A DNA stretch of 64,000 nt from Lama guanicoe (lineage: Eukaryota), in assembly GCA_013239625.1 (NCBI GenBank), contig MU056050.1:4783366-4847365 (forward strand). The letters run 5' to 3'. A program made the translations under genes and the position numbers. This document shows positions 13,215 through 25,800 of this stretch, in pieces (within the stretch, counting starts at the first letter, position 1; each line of letters begins with the position of its first letter). Under the pieces are notes generated by a model. The model was not told the DNA's origin. It made no database searches and saw only the letters and a program-made list of their open reading frames with translations.

Positions 13215-13870
13215 TATATTTTAATGTAAACATGATTAAAATATCATCAGCTAGACAATTTATTATGAATTTCATTTGGAGGAGTGAACCAGAAAAAACA
13301 CATAAAACTGTGATAAAAAAGAACAGTGAGAGTGGGCTAAACTTAATAGACCTTAAAACATATTATAAAAACCTGCTTTAAAATAATATGGTATCGGTGC
13401 TTGAATAGACTGATTAATGGAACAGAATTATTAAAGTTCCCCAAAAGGCCCAACTACACATGAAAATTCAATATTGACAACAACAAAATCCCCAATCTGT
13501 GAAGAAAAGGACATTTTAATAAGAGATGATTTGAAAACAATATAAATAAATAATATAAAGCCGGATAGATTCTTTATATCATGCACCAATAGAAATTTTA
13601 AATGTATCAGAGATCTAAAAGTAAAACATGAAATTATGTAAGTATTAGAAGAAAACATGGATGAGGGAGGGTAATAGCTCAGTAGTAGAGCATGTGCTTA
13701 GCATGCACATAGTCCTGGGTTCAATCCCCGATATGTCCATTGAAGAAAAAAATCAAAAACATCGATAAATTTAACCACGAGATGTAGTGATCTTTACAAA
13801 TTATGATCCCAAGTCAAGAAACAATAAAGGAAAGTGTTGACACATTTATCTATAAACAGTTTTTATGGCA
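13215..13870 (+). mobile_element. Old L1 ORF2 fragment hosting a SINE
   Basis: aaaacatattataaaa...atggtatcggtgc...aatggaacagaat. Confidence 0.7.
13663..13755 (+). mobile_element. tRNA-Ala-derived SINE (camelid Vic-1 type)
   Basis: A-box tagctcagtagt, B-box ggttcaatcc, tRNA-Ala(AGC)-like body, A tail, 11-bp TSD aaaacat(g/c)gat. Confidence 0.88.
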
Positions 13871-16140
13871 CTTTATATTTTTAGAGGAGTTTTAGGTTCA
13901 TAGCAAACTGAGAGGAAGGTACAGAGCTTTATCATACCCCCACCCCCCCACACATGTATAATCTCTTCCATTATCAGCATTCCTCTCCAGAGGGTACATT
14001 TGTTATACTTGATGAATCTACATTGACGAATGATTTCTCAAAGTACATAGTTTACTTTGTTTTTTTTTATTACATTCATTTATTTGTTTTATTTTTTAAA
14101 TTCCACATGTAAATGATAACATACAGCATTTCTCTAGTTTACTTTGTTTTATTCTTTGTGTTGTATATTCTCTGTTTGGATAGATGTACAATGACATATA
14201 TCCACCATTAGAGTATCAGAATGTTTGCATTGCCCTAAAAATCATCTGAGCTCTTCTTATTCATCTACCCCATCCCTAGCAATTGCAGATTTTTTTTTTT
14301 ACTGTTTCCGTAGTTTTTTGTTTTCCAGAATGTCATACAGTTAGAATTAAATAGTGTAACCTTTTCAGATTGCCATTTTCACTTAGTAATAAGAGTTTAT
14401 GGTTGCTATATGTCTTTTTAGGCTTGAAAATTCATTTCTTTTTTATCACTGAATAATATCCCATCATCTGGATATAACACAGTTTATCTATTCACCTACT
14501 GAAGGACTTCTTTGTTGCTTTCAAGCTTTGGTAATTATGAGTAAAGTTGCTATTCCCATCCATCTATAGGTTTTTGTGTGGGCATGTTTTCAGCTCCTTC
14601 AGATTAAATAGCGAGGAGTCTGATTGCTGGATTGCTTGGTAAGAGTATGTCTAGTTTTGTAAAAAAATCAACAAACTCTCTTCCAAAGTGGTTGTGCCAT
14701 TTTTAATTTTCCTACCATTTTATTTTTCCTACCAGAAACAAATGAGAGTCCCTGTTGCTCCACATCTTTGTCAGCATTTGGTGTCTTAAGGTTCCAGATT
14801 TTGGCCATTTTAATAGGTGTAGAGTGGTATCTCATTTAATTTGCATTTGTCTAATGATATATGATGTGGAATGTCTCTTCATATGCATATTTTCCATCTG
14901 TATACATTCTTCGGTGAGGTGTCTGTTAAGGTCTTTGATCCATTTTAAAATTGGGTTGTTTCTTATTGTTGATTTTAAGAGTTCTTTGTATATTTTGAAT
15001 AACAGCCTATTAACAGATATGTCTTTTGCAAATATTTGCTCCCAGTTTGTGCCTTGTTTTCTTATTTTGACATTATTTTGCAGAGCAGAAATTTTAAATT
15101 TTAATGAAATGCAGCTTATCAATTATTTCTTTCATAGATTGTGTCTTTAGTGTTGTATCTAAAATGTTATCATCTAGATTTTTCTATTCTGTTTATCTCC
15201 TAACTGTTTTATAGTTGAGGGTTTTAAATTTAGGTCTGTGATCCATTTTCAGTTAGTTGTTGTGAAGGATATGAGATTTGTATCTAGATTAATTATTTTG
15301 CATGTAGATGTCCATTTTTTTCCAGCACCATTTATTGAAAAGACTTCCTTTGATTCATTGTATTCCCTTTGCTTTTTTCACCCCAAATATCAGTCAAATA
15401 TATTTATGTGTGTCTATTTCTAGGTTCTCTATTCTATTCCATTGATCTACTCATCTATTTTTTTTTTACCAACATCACACTGTCTTATTTACCGTAGTTT
15501 TATAGTAAAAGTTGGAGTTGAGTAGTGTCAGTTCTCAGAGTTAGTTCTCTTACTTCAATATTGTGTTGGCTATTCTGGATCTTTTGTCTCTCCATATAAA
15601 CTGTAGAATCATTTTGTTGATATTCACAAAATAACTTACTAGAGTTTAATTGAGATTGCATTGAATCTAGATAGAGTTGGGAAGAATGGACATCTTGACA
15701 GTATTGATGAGCATAGGATATTTCTCCATTTCTTTAGTTCTTGTTTGATTTTTTTCATCAAATGTTTGTAGTTTGTAGTTTTCCTCAGAAAGATCTTATT
15801 CATATGTAGATATAAATCTAACAAAATATTTTATATTTTGGGTTCAAATGTAAATGATACTGTGTTTAATTTCAAATCTCACTTGTTCTTTGCTATTATA
15901 CAGGAAAATGGTTGATCTTTGTAGATAACCTTACATCCTGCAAATTTGCCATAATCACTTATTAGTTCCAGGAGGCTTTTTTTCTTTTTAATCTGTTCTT
16001 TTGGATTTTCTATATAGCTAATCATGCTGTCTACAAACTAAGGCTGTTTTATGTCTTCCTTTTTAATCTGTATATTTTTTATTTCCTCTTCTTATTGCAT
16101 TGCAAGAACTTGTAGTGCAGTATTGAAAAGCAGTGGTGAA
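13871..16140 (-). mobile_element. L1 (L1MB/MC-like) 3' ~2.3 kb
   Basis: ORF 14832-15122 translates to the ORF2 C-terminus (WEQIFAKDIS...IRQMQIK); 3' UTR at 13871-14400. Confidence 0.88.
14064..14134 (-). mobile_element. 71-bp L1 3'UTR-derived micro-insertion
   Basis: Perfect 16-bp TSD tagtttactttgtttt (14048-14063, 14135-14150) and T-rich tail. Confidence 0.8.
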
Positions 16141-17770
16141 AAGTAAAAATTTTGAAAAAGTGAACTTCCACAGACTCCTGCTACCACATGTACCCACCAA
16201 ATTAGTCTCCATGCCAATATACTCCTTGTTTCATAGATGAACTCTGTGTGCTTGTCTAATTCCAGGCCCTCCACCTATGCACTAAACCTCCTTTCTTCTT
16301 TGCTACTCAAGAATAATGCTGCAATAATTCTCCCCTTAGCATCATCATTTAGTGTTTGTTTTCTCTTGAATTATTTTCATCAGAATACCAGGATACTCTT
16401 ATTTGTCCCATCTAAACAAACAAAAAGCTACTCTTGACCCCTGCTAGCTGCTAGTTTCTTTGCTCCCCACCTGCAGCAAAATTTCTTGAAACAGTTGATC
16501 ATATGTAGTACCTCAAATTACTCTTGTCTTATTTTCTGTTAAATCCACTGCTATTAAGCTTTCATTCCCTTAACTCCATCAGACCTCCCTCTGTCACTGG
16601 GAAGGATATTTCTCACTCATCTTCTTATATGATCACTTCTGACTTCTCCTAAACTTTTCCACATTCCTAAACTCCAGACTGCTGTATCCACCTACTTACT
16701 AAACATTTCCACTTGGACATTCAACAGACATCTCCAAGGCAACAAGTCCACAAACTTGATTTTCCTGGGGCCTTCTTCATCTCAGTTCATGGTAACTCCA
16801 AAGTTCCACTTGTTCAGATTCCAAATCTTGAATCTATCCTAGACTCCTTTTTTTTTTTCACACATCATATCTAATCCATCAACAAAACCTATCTATTCAA
16901 CCTATTCAACATATCCAGACTCTGACCATTTTTCACCACCTCCACTGCTACCACCTTAGTCCAATCTATTAATTTCTCTTGGTCTTAGTTGGTTTTCCTG
17001 CCTCTGTCTTTGCTTGTCTGTAATGTATTCTCAACACTGTAGTCAAAAATATTATTTTAGAATATAAGTCAGAATACTGTCATGTCTCCCCCAAGTTAGA
17101 GTAAAATTCAAATTATTCCATTGACTTGAAAGCATTGCATGATCTGCCTCCCCCTCCCATATTACTTCCTTGACTTTCTGCTGTTCCTTCTTCAGTTTCT
17201 CTGTTTTAGCCCCACTGGAATCCTTACATTGTCTCTGTCATAATAGGCACATTGAAAGTGTAGAACCTTTTGTACTAGCTATTTTTTTGTCCTAGAATGC
17301 TCTTCTCCAAATATGATTAATGTTCTAACCTCCCTCAAGTCTTTGGCTAAATGTTATTGCTCAAATGAGGCCTATCTAGTATGACTTCTCTATTTAGAAT
17401 TATAACTCTGTCATTACCCCAAAACTTGTCATTTCTTTTATTCTGCTTCACTGTTTTTACTGTACTTCTTATCACCTTTTATTTCTTTATTTATTATGAT
17501 TATTGTTTATTGTCTGTCTTCCTCTGCCCTGCTAGAATATCATCTCCATGAGTGCAGGAAGCTTTGTTTTACATTCTTTTTTTTGTTTGTTTTAACTGAT
17601 GTATCCCAAGCACTTATGAGTTCCTAACATATAATTAATGTTCAACCAATGTATGATAAATAAGTACATTATTTCCTTGTTTGTGCCTGAAAACTAGGTA
17701 TTTGTATGGACGGTGTGCCTGCCTTTCTATGATGAGGCAGTTCTGTGATTTTTCTTCCCAGAATTCTTAC

Positions 17771-17918
17771 TCTAAAGTCATCTTCACCTTCATTCACACG
17801 GACTGGTAATGGCAATAATTTCTGAAGTAGTTGGCACAATAGTAGTTTTTCACAGACCAAAACTATGAAATCCTCTGGATCAGGATTCTTTAAAATAAAT
17901 TTATTTATCCTGTTATGT
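17771..17918 (-). pseudogene. Candidate exon, 148 bp, phase 2-0: HNRINKFILKNPDPEDFIVLVCEKLLLCQLLQKLLPLPVRVNEGEDDFR
   Basis: Acceptor ttttaattttgtttcaccacag, donor AGA|gtaaga; 49 open codons (within ORF 17669-17932). Confidence 0.7.
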
Positions 17919-18149
17919 CTGTGGTGAAACAAAATTAAAACAGTATTAAAATGGTATAATGATAGCCATTAGTAATACATTGATATTAAAAACAAGATAA
18001 AAGTAAATATCCCCAAAAGCTACCATTACTCTTATCATCACATGTGTTTCTCTAAAATACAAATCTCATTGTGCTAACTGCTTAAAATATTTCAATGACT
18101 CCCCTCTGTCCTTCAAATAATATCTAACATGATAGGAATTATGATGATG

Positions 18150-18325
18150 ATGGTAAGTAATAAGACTTATTGAGTACTGACTATATTCTAGTCATTGTGC
18201 TTAGAATTTTATGTGATACTAATTCTGTCATTTAATCATCACAGTAACCCTGTGATACAAGCATTATTATTACTCCCGTTTTACAGACGAGAAAAGGGAT
18301 TTAGCACAGTTAAAGTGCTTGTACA
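18150..18325 (-). mobile_element. MIR SINE
   Basis: Core: catttaatcatcacagtaaccctgtga...cccgttttacagacgagaaa. Confidence 0.8.
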
Positions 18326-20712
18326 AAGAATTTTTGAAAATAGAAAAATGTTCTTCTTGCACTTGAATTTAAATAATTTTCATAGTCTCAAAATTCAACA
18401 GTTAAAACAATAGAAAATACAGTTATATTGGGACTAAATGGCAGATTTACATAATTTCCCATAATTTGCATTTTGCATTCTGTACATCAGTTCTTATCTC
18501 TTTCTCTTCAACCTCCAACACCAAGCTCATTATTTGTCTAATTGACACATTTCATGATGGTCCTGTGAAGCCAGTGAGTCCTTTCTTTCAAATATACTTT
18601 GAATAAAAGCTGAGATTGAATATGGGAGGGAATCTTAAATTTTCCCTTTCTTCTCTTCTTTTAGACTAGGATTAGAGTGAAATAGAAAAATAAACAAGAT
18701 AATCAAGAACAGTTCACTCCAGCCTTAAACCCACTAGGAAAAGTGAAAAAGTCATGTGAATCATTGCAAAGTGAGAAGTCCATCTATAGAAAATTGAAAG
18801 GAGATTGTATGTAAGATAGTTGTGTCTATAACAGTTCTGTCCATTGATAACCACCTTGATCAGGGCTTCTTAAGCTTGGATCTAAAGGTCCCTGAGAGAC
18901 CATGGATAAATTTCAGGTGTTCCATGTACTTTCCTTCCTCATGAATGCAGGCAACAAACCACAGTATCATTGGTAGTACTGGTGATTTTATCACCAGTAA
19001 AAATCACCTGTATTTTCCTATCATATTTTAGTTTGAAATATCATATATGCTCATTATTACTGTAAAATTTGTGATAGTGAGCAACCTCATGGCTAGTCTA
19101 ATAAATTATCAGGAGTTGCACACTGTTACAGAGACTTTAGTAAAGTCACATGCATTGGAAGAGATCAAGATGATTTGTGGATGGAACAGAAGAAGTAATT
19201 ATAGGTGGGTCCCTACACAAATGTTGTGATACATTCTTGAAGCAGGTCATAAAAGTAGCAGTTTCAGCATTCCCATTAACTATGTAACTAGTTGAAGCTA
19301 TAGATGTCTCTTAAGTTAGCCAACAGATTGTTTTTGTTCATGATGTGCATACTGACACTGAAAAAAAAAAATTCTATTTTGTGAGTCCCTTTTGGATACT
19401 GAAAAAGCTGCTGATGTTTGGAAATAGTAAAAAGTTGTTTTGCCAAACAAATATTTGACTGGGAAAAAAAAGCTTCATACTCTTCGCACAGATGGATCTT
19501 CTACAATGATTGGTAATGCATCTGGTTTTGCTACTCAAGTGAAAAAAGGAATCTTTTTATATGTCATTGTCACTCACTGCTTTTTACAGAAACATGCACT
19601 GGCAACAAAGACTTCTGCAATAAATCTGAAAGAAATTCTGTCAAGAGCCATGATATTATTAATAAAATCAGATGCAGATCTCTGAATCTTTTTATTTTTA
19701 AGATTTATTTCCAAAAAAAATTGGAGAATATTACACTCTACCACATGGAAGTTCTATGGCTTCCAAGACAAGTCTTTAAGTGATGGTTCAAACCAGGGGC
19801 AGAAATTTCACTTCTTATAAAAACAAAACAAAACCAAAACCCAAAAAGTCTCCTAAATCACTTTGAAAGGAAAAGTTTTATCCATTGAATGATTTACTTG
19901 ACAGATATTTTAACCATACGAATGATGTAAATTTTTCAACATTGTGAAGTCTATTACAGATGCTTCTTAAAAATTCCAAGCCTTCTTGGCTAAGCTACCA
20001 ATAAGGAAGAAAGTAGAGGTCAACATTCTTGCAAACTTTAAACACTGGAGGAAATGCTTTACCCAAGTGGAGTGGGGATATAAAAATTCTCTGTCAATTT
20101 ATTTGGAAAGAAAATCTGCAAATAGCAGAAAACACAGCAGAACATTTTCAAAAGATACTTTACGTTAATAGCATTAAAATTAAACCATGGATTCACAGTC
20201 CTTTCTTCTAATATAAACTGTATTAAAGATTTAAAACTAACTAATGATGAACTCATTGATTGTTAGAATGAAAGAATTTACTACAACTGGAGTTTAACTC
20301 GAAAGTCATTGGGACATTCCTAGTGTTCAGTGTGAGAAACTTATCCTTGTATTTTAAAGAGCAATTTGAAAGTTTTAATTCCATTCTCAATGATATATCT
20401 TTGCAAATAGATATTTTCTGCTCTTGTAACCATGAAAATAAAAATAAAACATAAAGATTGATTGGATATCCAATATGACATATATATTGCTCCACAGGTT
20501 AATGGCCTTATTCAAACTAAGCAGCAAATACCTTCACACTGAAATATTAAATTAATGTTAACCTACTTTTCTAAAGTATATTATTTTGTTACCAATGCAT
20601 TGATGAAAAAAACAAAGTATATTACTATATGGTTCATTTAGTTAATATTTGTTAGTGATTCTTTATATTTCTTTGAAATTCTATCTTTGTATGCATTAAA
20701 AATATTAGTCTG

Positions 20713-21414
20713 TATATGTAAAATAGATAAACAACAAGGTCCTATGGTATAGCACAGGGAACTTTATTCAAAATGTTGTTGGATAGGTTCTTGCCTTGGG
20801 CAGGAAAGAATTGAAGAGCAAGGCATAGTAAAGTGAAAGCAAGTTTATTTAGAGAGATATATACTCCATAGACAGAGTGGGGTCTGTGTCACTCAGAAGG
20901 GAAAACAGTTTAGGAGATACTTACTCCATAGGCAGAATGTGGGGCATCTCAGAAGGACCAGAGGGAGAGAGAGCAACCACTGGCTACAGAGGGCTCGGTA
21001 ATTTTATATGCTAGTAGTAGGAGGATTATTCCCACTACTTTGGGGAAAGGGCAGGGATTTCCAGGAATCGGGTTACCACCCACTTTTTGACCTTTTATGG
21101 TCAGCCTAGGAACTGTCATGGCGCTGTGGGTGTGCCATGAGTGTCAAGGTCTACTGGAAGTTGAATCTTCCACCATCTTGGTTCCAACCAGTTTGTCCTG
21201 TCCTCAGTGGCTGTGTCATTCCTTCAGTGGTTGTGCCCTGCCCCCTTTCCTTCTGTCTCAAATACTTTGTAATGGCCTATAATAAAACAACAACAACAAC
21301 AACAAAAAACCGAAAAGGAATACATACATATATATGTATACATCAATCACTATGCTGTACATCAGAAATTAACACAACATTTTAATCAACTATACTTCAA
21401 TAAAAGCAAAAGCA
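20713..21414 (+). mobile_element. Young L1 3' end inserted in the Charlie element
   Basis: aacaacaaggtcctatggtatagcacagggaac...tatacttcaataaaa; TSD tattagtctg (20703-20712, 21417-21426). Confidence 0.85.
20774..21260 (-). mobile_element. Solo ERV1-type LTR inserted in the L1 3' end
   Basis: TG...CA termini, minus-strand AATAAA near 20845, 4-bp TSD aaaa/aata; the L1 text resumes seamlessly. Confidence 0.8.
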
Positions 21415-21923
21415 AGTATTAGTCTGAGAAAGACTGTTTATATACTACCAGATTGCCATGACACAGTAAAGGTGCCTATTTAGTATATGCTTTAAAATTT
21501 TTTTTCTAGTCTCTGACAGATTATACTCCACTAATTTAATAATTAAAAAAAAAAGAACACTTACTAGTATTCTGGACACTGAATGAAGTATACTTCTCCC
21601 TTTGTTGAGACTTAAATATTTTCCATCCATAGTTAAATGCATTTAGAGGAAATAATGAGATACAAATATATGCTTATTTATAAAATATTTTCATGCTACA
21701 GTTTATCCCCAGGATCAATTGGCAGTAAGTGTTGACTAGAGTTCATAGGCATTCTTGTATTGTTTATGTGCCCAGTAGAGGGTTTTAGTATTGATTCTTT
21801 GTCTGCATCCTGTTAGTTCTTTTCAAAATGAGTTCTGTGGCTTGACCTTGAAAAAAATCTTAGTCTTATGTCTGCAGGTTTATTCTAATTGCAGTTGTTC
21901 CTCATGGTCCACATCACACTAAC

Positions 21924-22002
21924 CTGCCACTCATCAAGCCCATTTGTCTGTGAACTGACTTAATTAAACATCTCAAATCCAATTTACTTGATCCTTCTAC
22001 CA
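21924..22002 (-). pseudogene. Candidate exon, 79 bp, phase 1-2: (M)VEGSSKLDLRCLIKSVHRQMGLMSG(R)
   Basis: Strong acceptor (tttttccccccttag), donor CAG|gttagt; open, and AG+A joins the 17918 exon as Arg. Confidence 0.65.
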
Positions 22003-22287
22003 CTAAGGGGGGAAAAACCCCTGTCTGTCACTGAAAATGAAATTGGTTAAAAAAAAAAAAGCAACAGCAACAAACAAACAAAAAATAAATGAAAAGGAAG
22101 CAAAAGGAAAAATGGTTTCCTTAAGGATTTCAGTGGCATAACTCTCTATTGCTCAAAATAAGATATGCTGAACGCAAAACAAAAAAATCAAAAAGGAATT
22201 AAGAAGTCCTATAACAGCCTCAGTCTGAATGCATTATTCTGTTTTTGATAAAGTAAAGGAAAAGGTAAAGGAAATAGGTGGCCTTAC

Positions 22288-22348
22288 TTCTTTCAACTGC
22301 AGTCATTCCTATGACAATATCTTGAAATCCCATCTGTGGCTCTTTTGC
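22288..22348 (-). pseudogene. Candidate exon, 61 bp, phase 0-1: AKEPQMGFQDIVIGMTAVER
   Basis: Acceptor atgacag, donor AA|gtaagg; open and in phase with the 22002 exon. Confidence 0.55.
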
Positions 22349-22468
22349 CTGTCATATTGAACTTGTAATTGACCATTATTTTTCTGACAGTATACCTTTT
22401 AGCATTTCAATCCATTTGTTTAAAACTATACTTGACTCCTTTGTTCTCCTTAACTGCTGTTCCCAGAG

Positions 22469-22652
22469 CAGTTATCAAACTGTAGACCCTGGGCTAGCAA
22501 CAGCAACAGCCACTTGGAAACTTTTTAGAAATGCAAGCTCTTGGGCTCCACCCTAGCCTTCCTGATTCAAACTCTGGGGATGGAGCCCAAGACTCCATCT
22601 TAAACAACCTATGTTTTAACCAGATGATTCTGATGCATGCTAAAGTTGAAAA
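22469..22652. mobile_element. MER5A-like hAT MITE
   Basis: cttggaaactttttagaaatgcaa...ctctggggatggagccca...gcatgctaaagttga. Confidence 0.75.
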
Positions 22653-22679
22653 GGTAAGGTAAAGGAAATCTAGCTTTAA

Positions 22680-22920
22680 TACTGGAGTTATATTCAAACT
22701 ATTCACCACTTGTGTGAATTTTTGCAGGTTACATAACCTGCCTGGGTCTAAGGTTTATTACTTGTAAACTGAGAATTAAAATACCTACTACATATGGAGT
22801 GTCTGAGAGTCTTGAAGGTTGGTAGAACTTTACTTCGTTACTTCTCTGTACCCTAGTTTTCTTAGAAGTACAATCAGGATAATACCACCTACCTCCAAGA
22901 GTTGTGAGGATTCAGAAATA
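22680..22920 (+). mobile_element. MIR fragments
   Basis: Core-like: cttgtaaactgagaattaaaatacctac; gataataccacctacctccaagagttgtgaggatt. Confidence 0.65.
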
Positions 22921-22941
22921 TTGATGTAGGTACTAATACTG

Positions 22942-23423
22942 TGTCGACTGAAATAAATGCACAGCCTAAAAGTTAAGAGTTATGTTTTATTTGGCAGACA
23001 TTTCTGAGGATTTGAACTCCTTCTAGCCAGGGATGAAGGCTTCTCAGATCCCTCTGAGCTGGGGGAGGAGCTACAGTATATAGGAGCTTTACAACAAAGA
23101 CCAGGTAGTTGGAATAATAAAAGATTACTTGTTATCTAAAGAAAACTAGGCATCTCAAGTTAAAGAATTTAGTGCTTTTCTATGTATAGGAGGAAGCAAA
23201 CATTTGGGCTCACTGAATTCATTCCTTTGACAAGCATCTAGCTATCTAGGGCTAGTATCCTGTCTTTTCTTATTTTGAGTGCCCTCAGGGTGCACCATTG
23301 TGAGTGGCTGCAGAGGCTGGGCTGCAGGCTTGTCTTCACTGAGGGGTGGCGGCAGTGGCTGATGACTTGATGGCTTCAGCATTCTTTGTTTACTGATATG
23401 GTTTGCAGTATTTTTTGTCCACA
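22942..23423 (-). mobile_element. Young solo ERV1 LTR (482 bp)
   Basis: TG...CA termini; perfect 4-bp TSD actg (22938-22941, 23424-23427); minus-strand AATAAA. Confidence 0.88.
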
Positions 23424-23717
23424 ACTGATAATACAGCTTCCAGCACTGTTAGGCACATAGTAAGCAGAAAGTAAATGTTAATTTCATTCCTTTGCACATA
23501 GTAGGTACTAGGTACAAATTGGTTAACTACAACTGAGTTTTTTAAAGTGTTGGTTGTCTTAAAGAGAAAATTCTGGTCTGGGTTTTCCTGGGCTGCCCAT
23601 TTTGTTTCTTTTGTTATTTCAGCCAATATCTGCTTATTTTAGAAGTGTATTATTTCTTCCTTTAGCCTAATGATTGAAAAATGCACCGCTTATTTGAACT
23701 TAAGAAAACGTGATTAC

Positions 23718-23791
23718 CTTTGAAAAAACACGTTTAGAGTTGCCACTTAGAATCTTCTTAAAGTGGCCAATCACTTTTGATTTTTACTGTC
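23718..23791 (-). pseudogene. Candidate exon, 74 bp, phase 1-0: (R)Q*KSKVIGHFKKILSGNSKRVFSK
   Basis: Acceptor catag (weak pyrimidine tract), donor AAG|gtaatc; phases bridge the 37850 and 22348 exons exactly; TAA at 23784-23786. Confidence 0.45.
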
Positions 23792-25574
23792 CTATGTTCA
23801 CAGCATAATCTGATTATGTTGAACTCATTAGGAATTATTTCTATGTAGTTATAATTTGTAGTTTTTGAGATTGCTTGGTAATTTTTCATTAATGAATACC
23901 TACATAGGAGACAAGGCAATTAATATAGTTTAGAAAATTCAAGTCATAACAATTGCTCAGTAGAAAGTATAAAGCCTTTCTCGTTCCTCATGTGCTTGAT
24001 AGAACATAAAACGAATTCAGATTCTCTTCAGAAAGTGTGTACAAATCACTCTTAACACTTGACAGGTTTTTTTCCCCCTTAATGTCAAATACTTCCTTGT
24101 TCCTTTAAAAATCCTCTTCAAGTTACTCGTCCAAAATTTTTCAAAAGCCTTGCTTATGGTTGTGATAAAAATTGATTAATGTGACATTTTTACAAAATTA
24201 ACAGTGGGTAGGTTTCAGATTAATTTAATAAGACTTGAAAAAAATAAGAATTGTGAGTTTCTTAGGCAAAAGAGTGAAAAGAGCCCTGGCCGTTCAATCA
24301 GGAATCACGTGAGCCCTGACAGCAACTGTATTTGTAAATTGGGCAAGTTTCTTGATCTGCAGCGGAGCTTCTTATCTGTAAAATGGTTTGCAGTGAGGAC
24401 CAGACAGTGTAATGCAAGTATAAAAACTATGAAAACGTATCATTTTGTGTCAGGTATTCCCTGGCTTACAGAACAATTCTGGCAAATGTACTCATGTAGA
24501 TAACACATACATTTGTCTCAAAATCACCATCAGAATTCCTCATTGGAAGAGATACTAAATGGCATGGTTAATTAAGGCACTTTTATTTGTATTTAAGGCA
24601 CTTTTATTTGTATTTGTTACTATGAAATTAAGGCAGAGATTACAAAAAGCATTTTAGGCAATTTGTTACAGAAATTATGATGTAGTAAATTAAATTGCTT
24701 TATTAATTCTAATCATAATCATGATAAATCATGATGCATTGACTATAATCATTTGAATGGCTTCACCATTTTGCTGCACTATTAATTTGAATATATGTAT
24801 GTAGTACATACATAGTGCAGTATATATGATAGTTGCATACCTGTGGATGCATTACTATTTTTAAAGCATTTTAGAATTTTTTCATAATTATCTTATAATA
24901 GCAATATTCAAGTTATCTGCAACACTATAATTATACTTGAACTCCTTAAGTTCAGGGCAAAATCTGGATGAGAACCAAAGAAATTTATACTGGGCTTGAA
25001 TGCATTTCCCATGGAAATGAAAAAGGACAATGTAACAACAAAAACAGCTTTTTCCAAAAATATTGGAGATGTACTTAATAAGAAATGAGAAGGACCTATA
25101 TAAGGAAAAATCTGCAAGGCATGTGTGAAAAATTGGATGTACAGAGAAGTAAAAGTTGTTCTTGGCTAGGAAGAGTTAGAGGTTCAACGATACCAACCCT
25201 CCCTAAGTTAATAATAAAATAAAATCTGTCTAACCCATTTGGCTGTCTACATTTACAAGTAAAACATTAAAAAGATGACAGGAATCCCTGTTTTCATAAG
25301 ATGATATTTGGACTGGTAGGACTTGCTACAGAGTAATCAAGTAGAGACCCAGCCATTTTTGGGGTGAGATTCATAGCTACTATTGCCTGATGTATGTTAC
25401 ATGATGAAATAGGTGAAATGATGCTCATCAGATTAATACAAAAGTGAAAAATTAAAACTATTAGAAATGCCCAGTGGTTAGGGATTGGTTATATACATTT
25501 GGTTACACTGATATTATGTAGCTTTGAAAATATTACATTGTAGAATAAAATTTTGACATGGTAATATAGTCATG

Positions 25575-25800
25575 CTGACGCTTACGGCCTTACACTTCTA
25601 CAGAGCTTTGTATGTGCCAGGTACCCTTGGGAGTGCTTCATAGGTGTTAACTCACGTAATTTTCATGAACACTCAATGAGATAGATATTATTCCCATTTT
25701 ACTGATGGGAGACTGAGACACAGAGAGATTTTTATATAGTGACCATTCATAAAATTATTAAGTAGAGGAATTTGTTAATCCAGCTCCAGATTCTGTATGC
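25575..25800 (-). mobile_element. MIR SINE
   Basis: attattcccattttactgatgggagactgagacacagagag. Confidence 0.8.

Larger units (their letters stand above)
12780..17665 (+). mobile_element. L2 element (12780-13215 and 16160-17665) split by L1 insertions
   Basis: L2 motifs: ctatttcactaaggaaattgaa, ccacctccactgctaccaccttagtccaa, ctagaatatcatctccatgagtgcagg. Confidence 0.75.
18861..21480 (+). mobile_element. hAT-Charlie DNA transposon (Charlie2-like) with decayed transposase
   Basis: Terminus cagggcttcttaagcttgg; ORF 19440-19685 has RTDGSSTMIG and THCFLQKHAL (hAT TDG and HCxxH-like motifs). Right end degenerate. Confidence 0.82.

Noticed and set aside
13663..13740. Possible tRNA-Ala gene
   Set aside because: Diverged stems, an A tail and an 11-bp TSD inside an L1 mark it as a SINE.
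19047..20500. Possible domesticated ZBED/Buster transposase gene
   Set aside because: Multiple stops and frameshifts, and it retains a transposon terminus.
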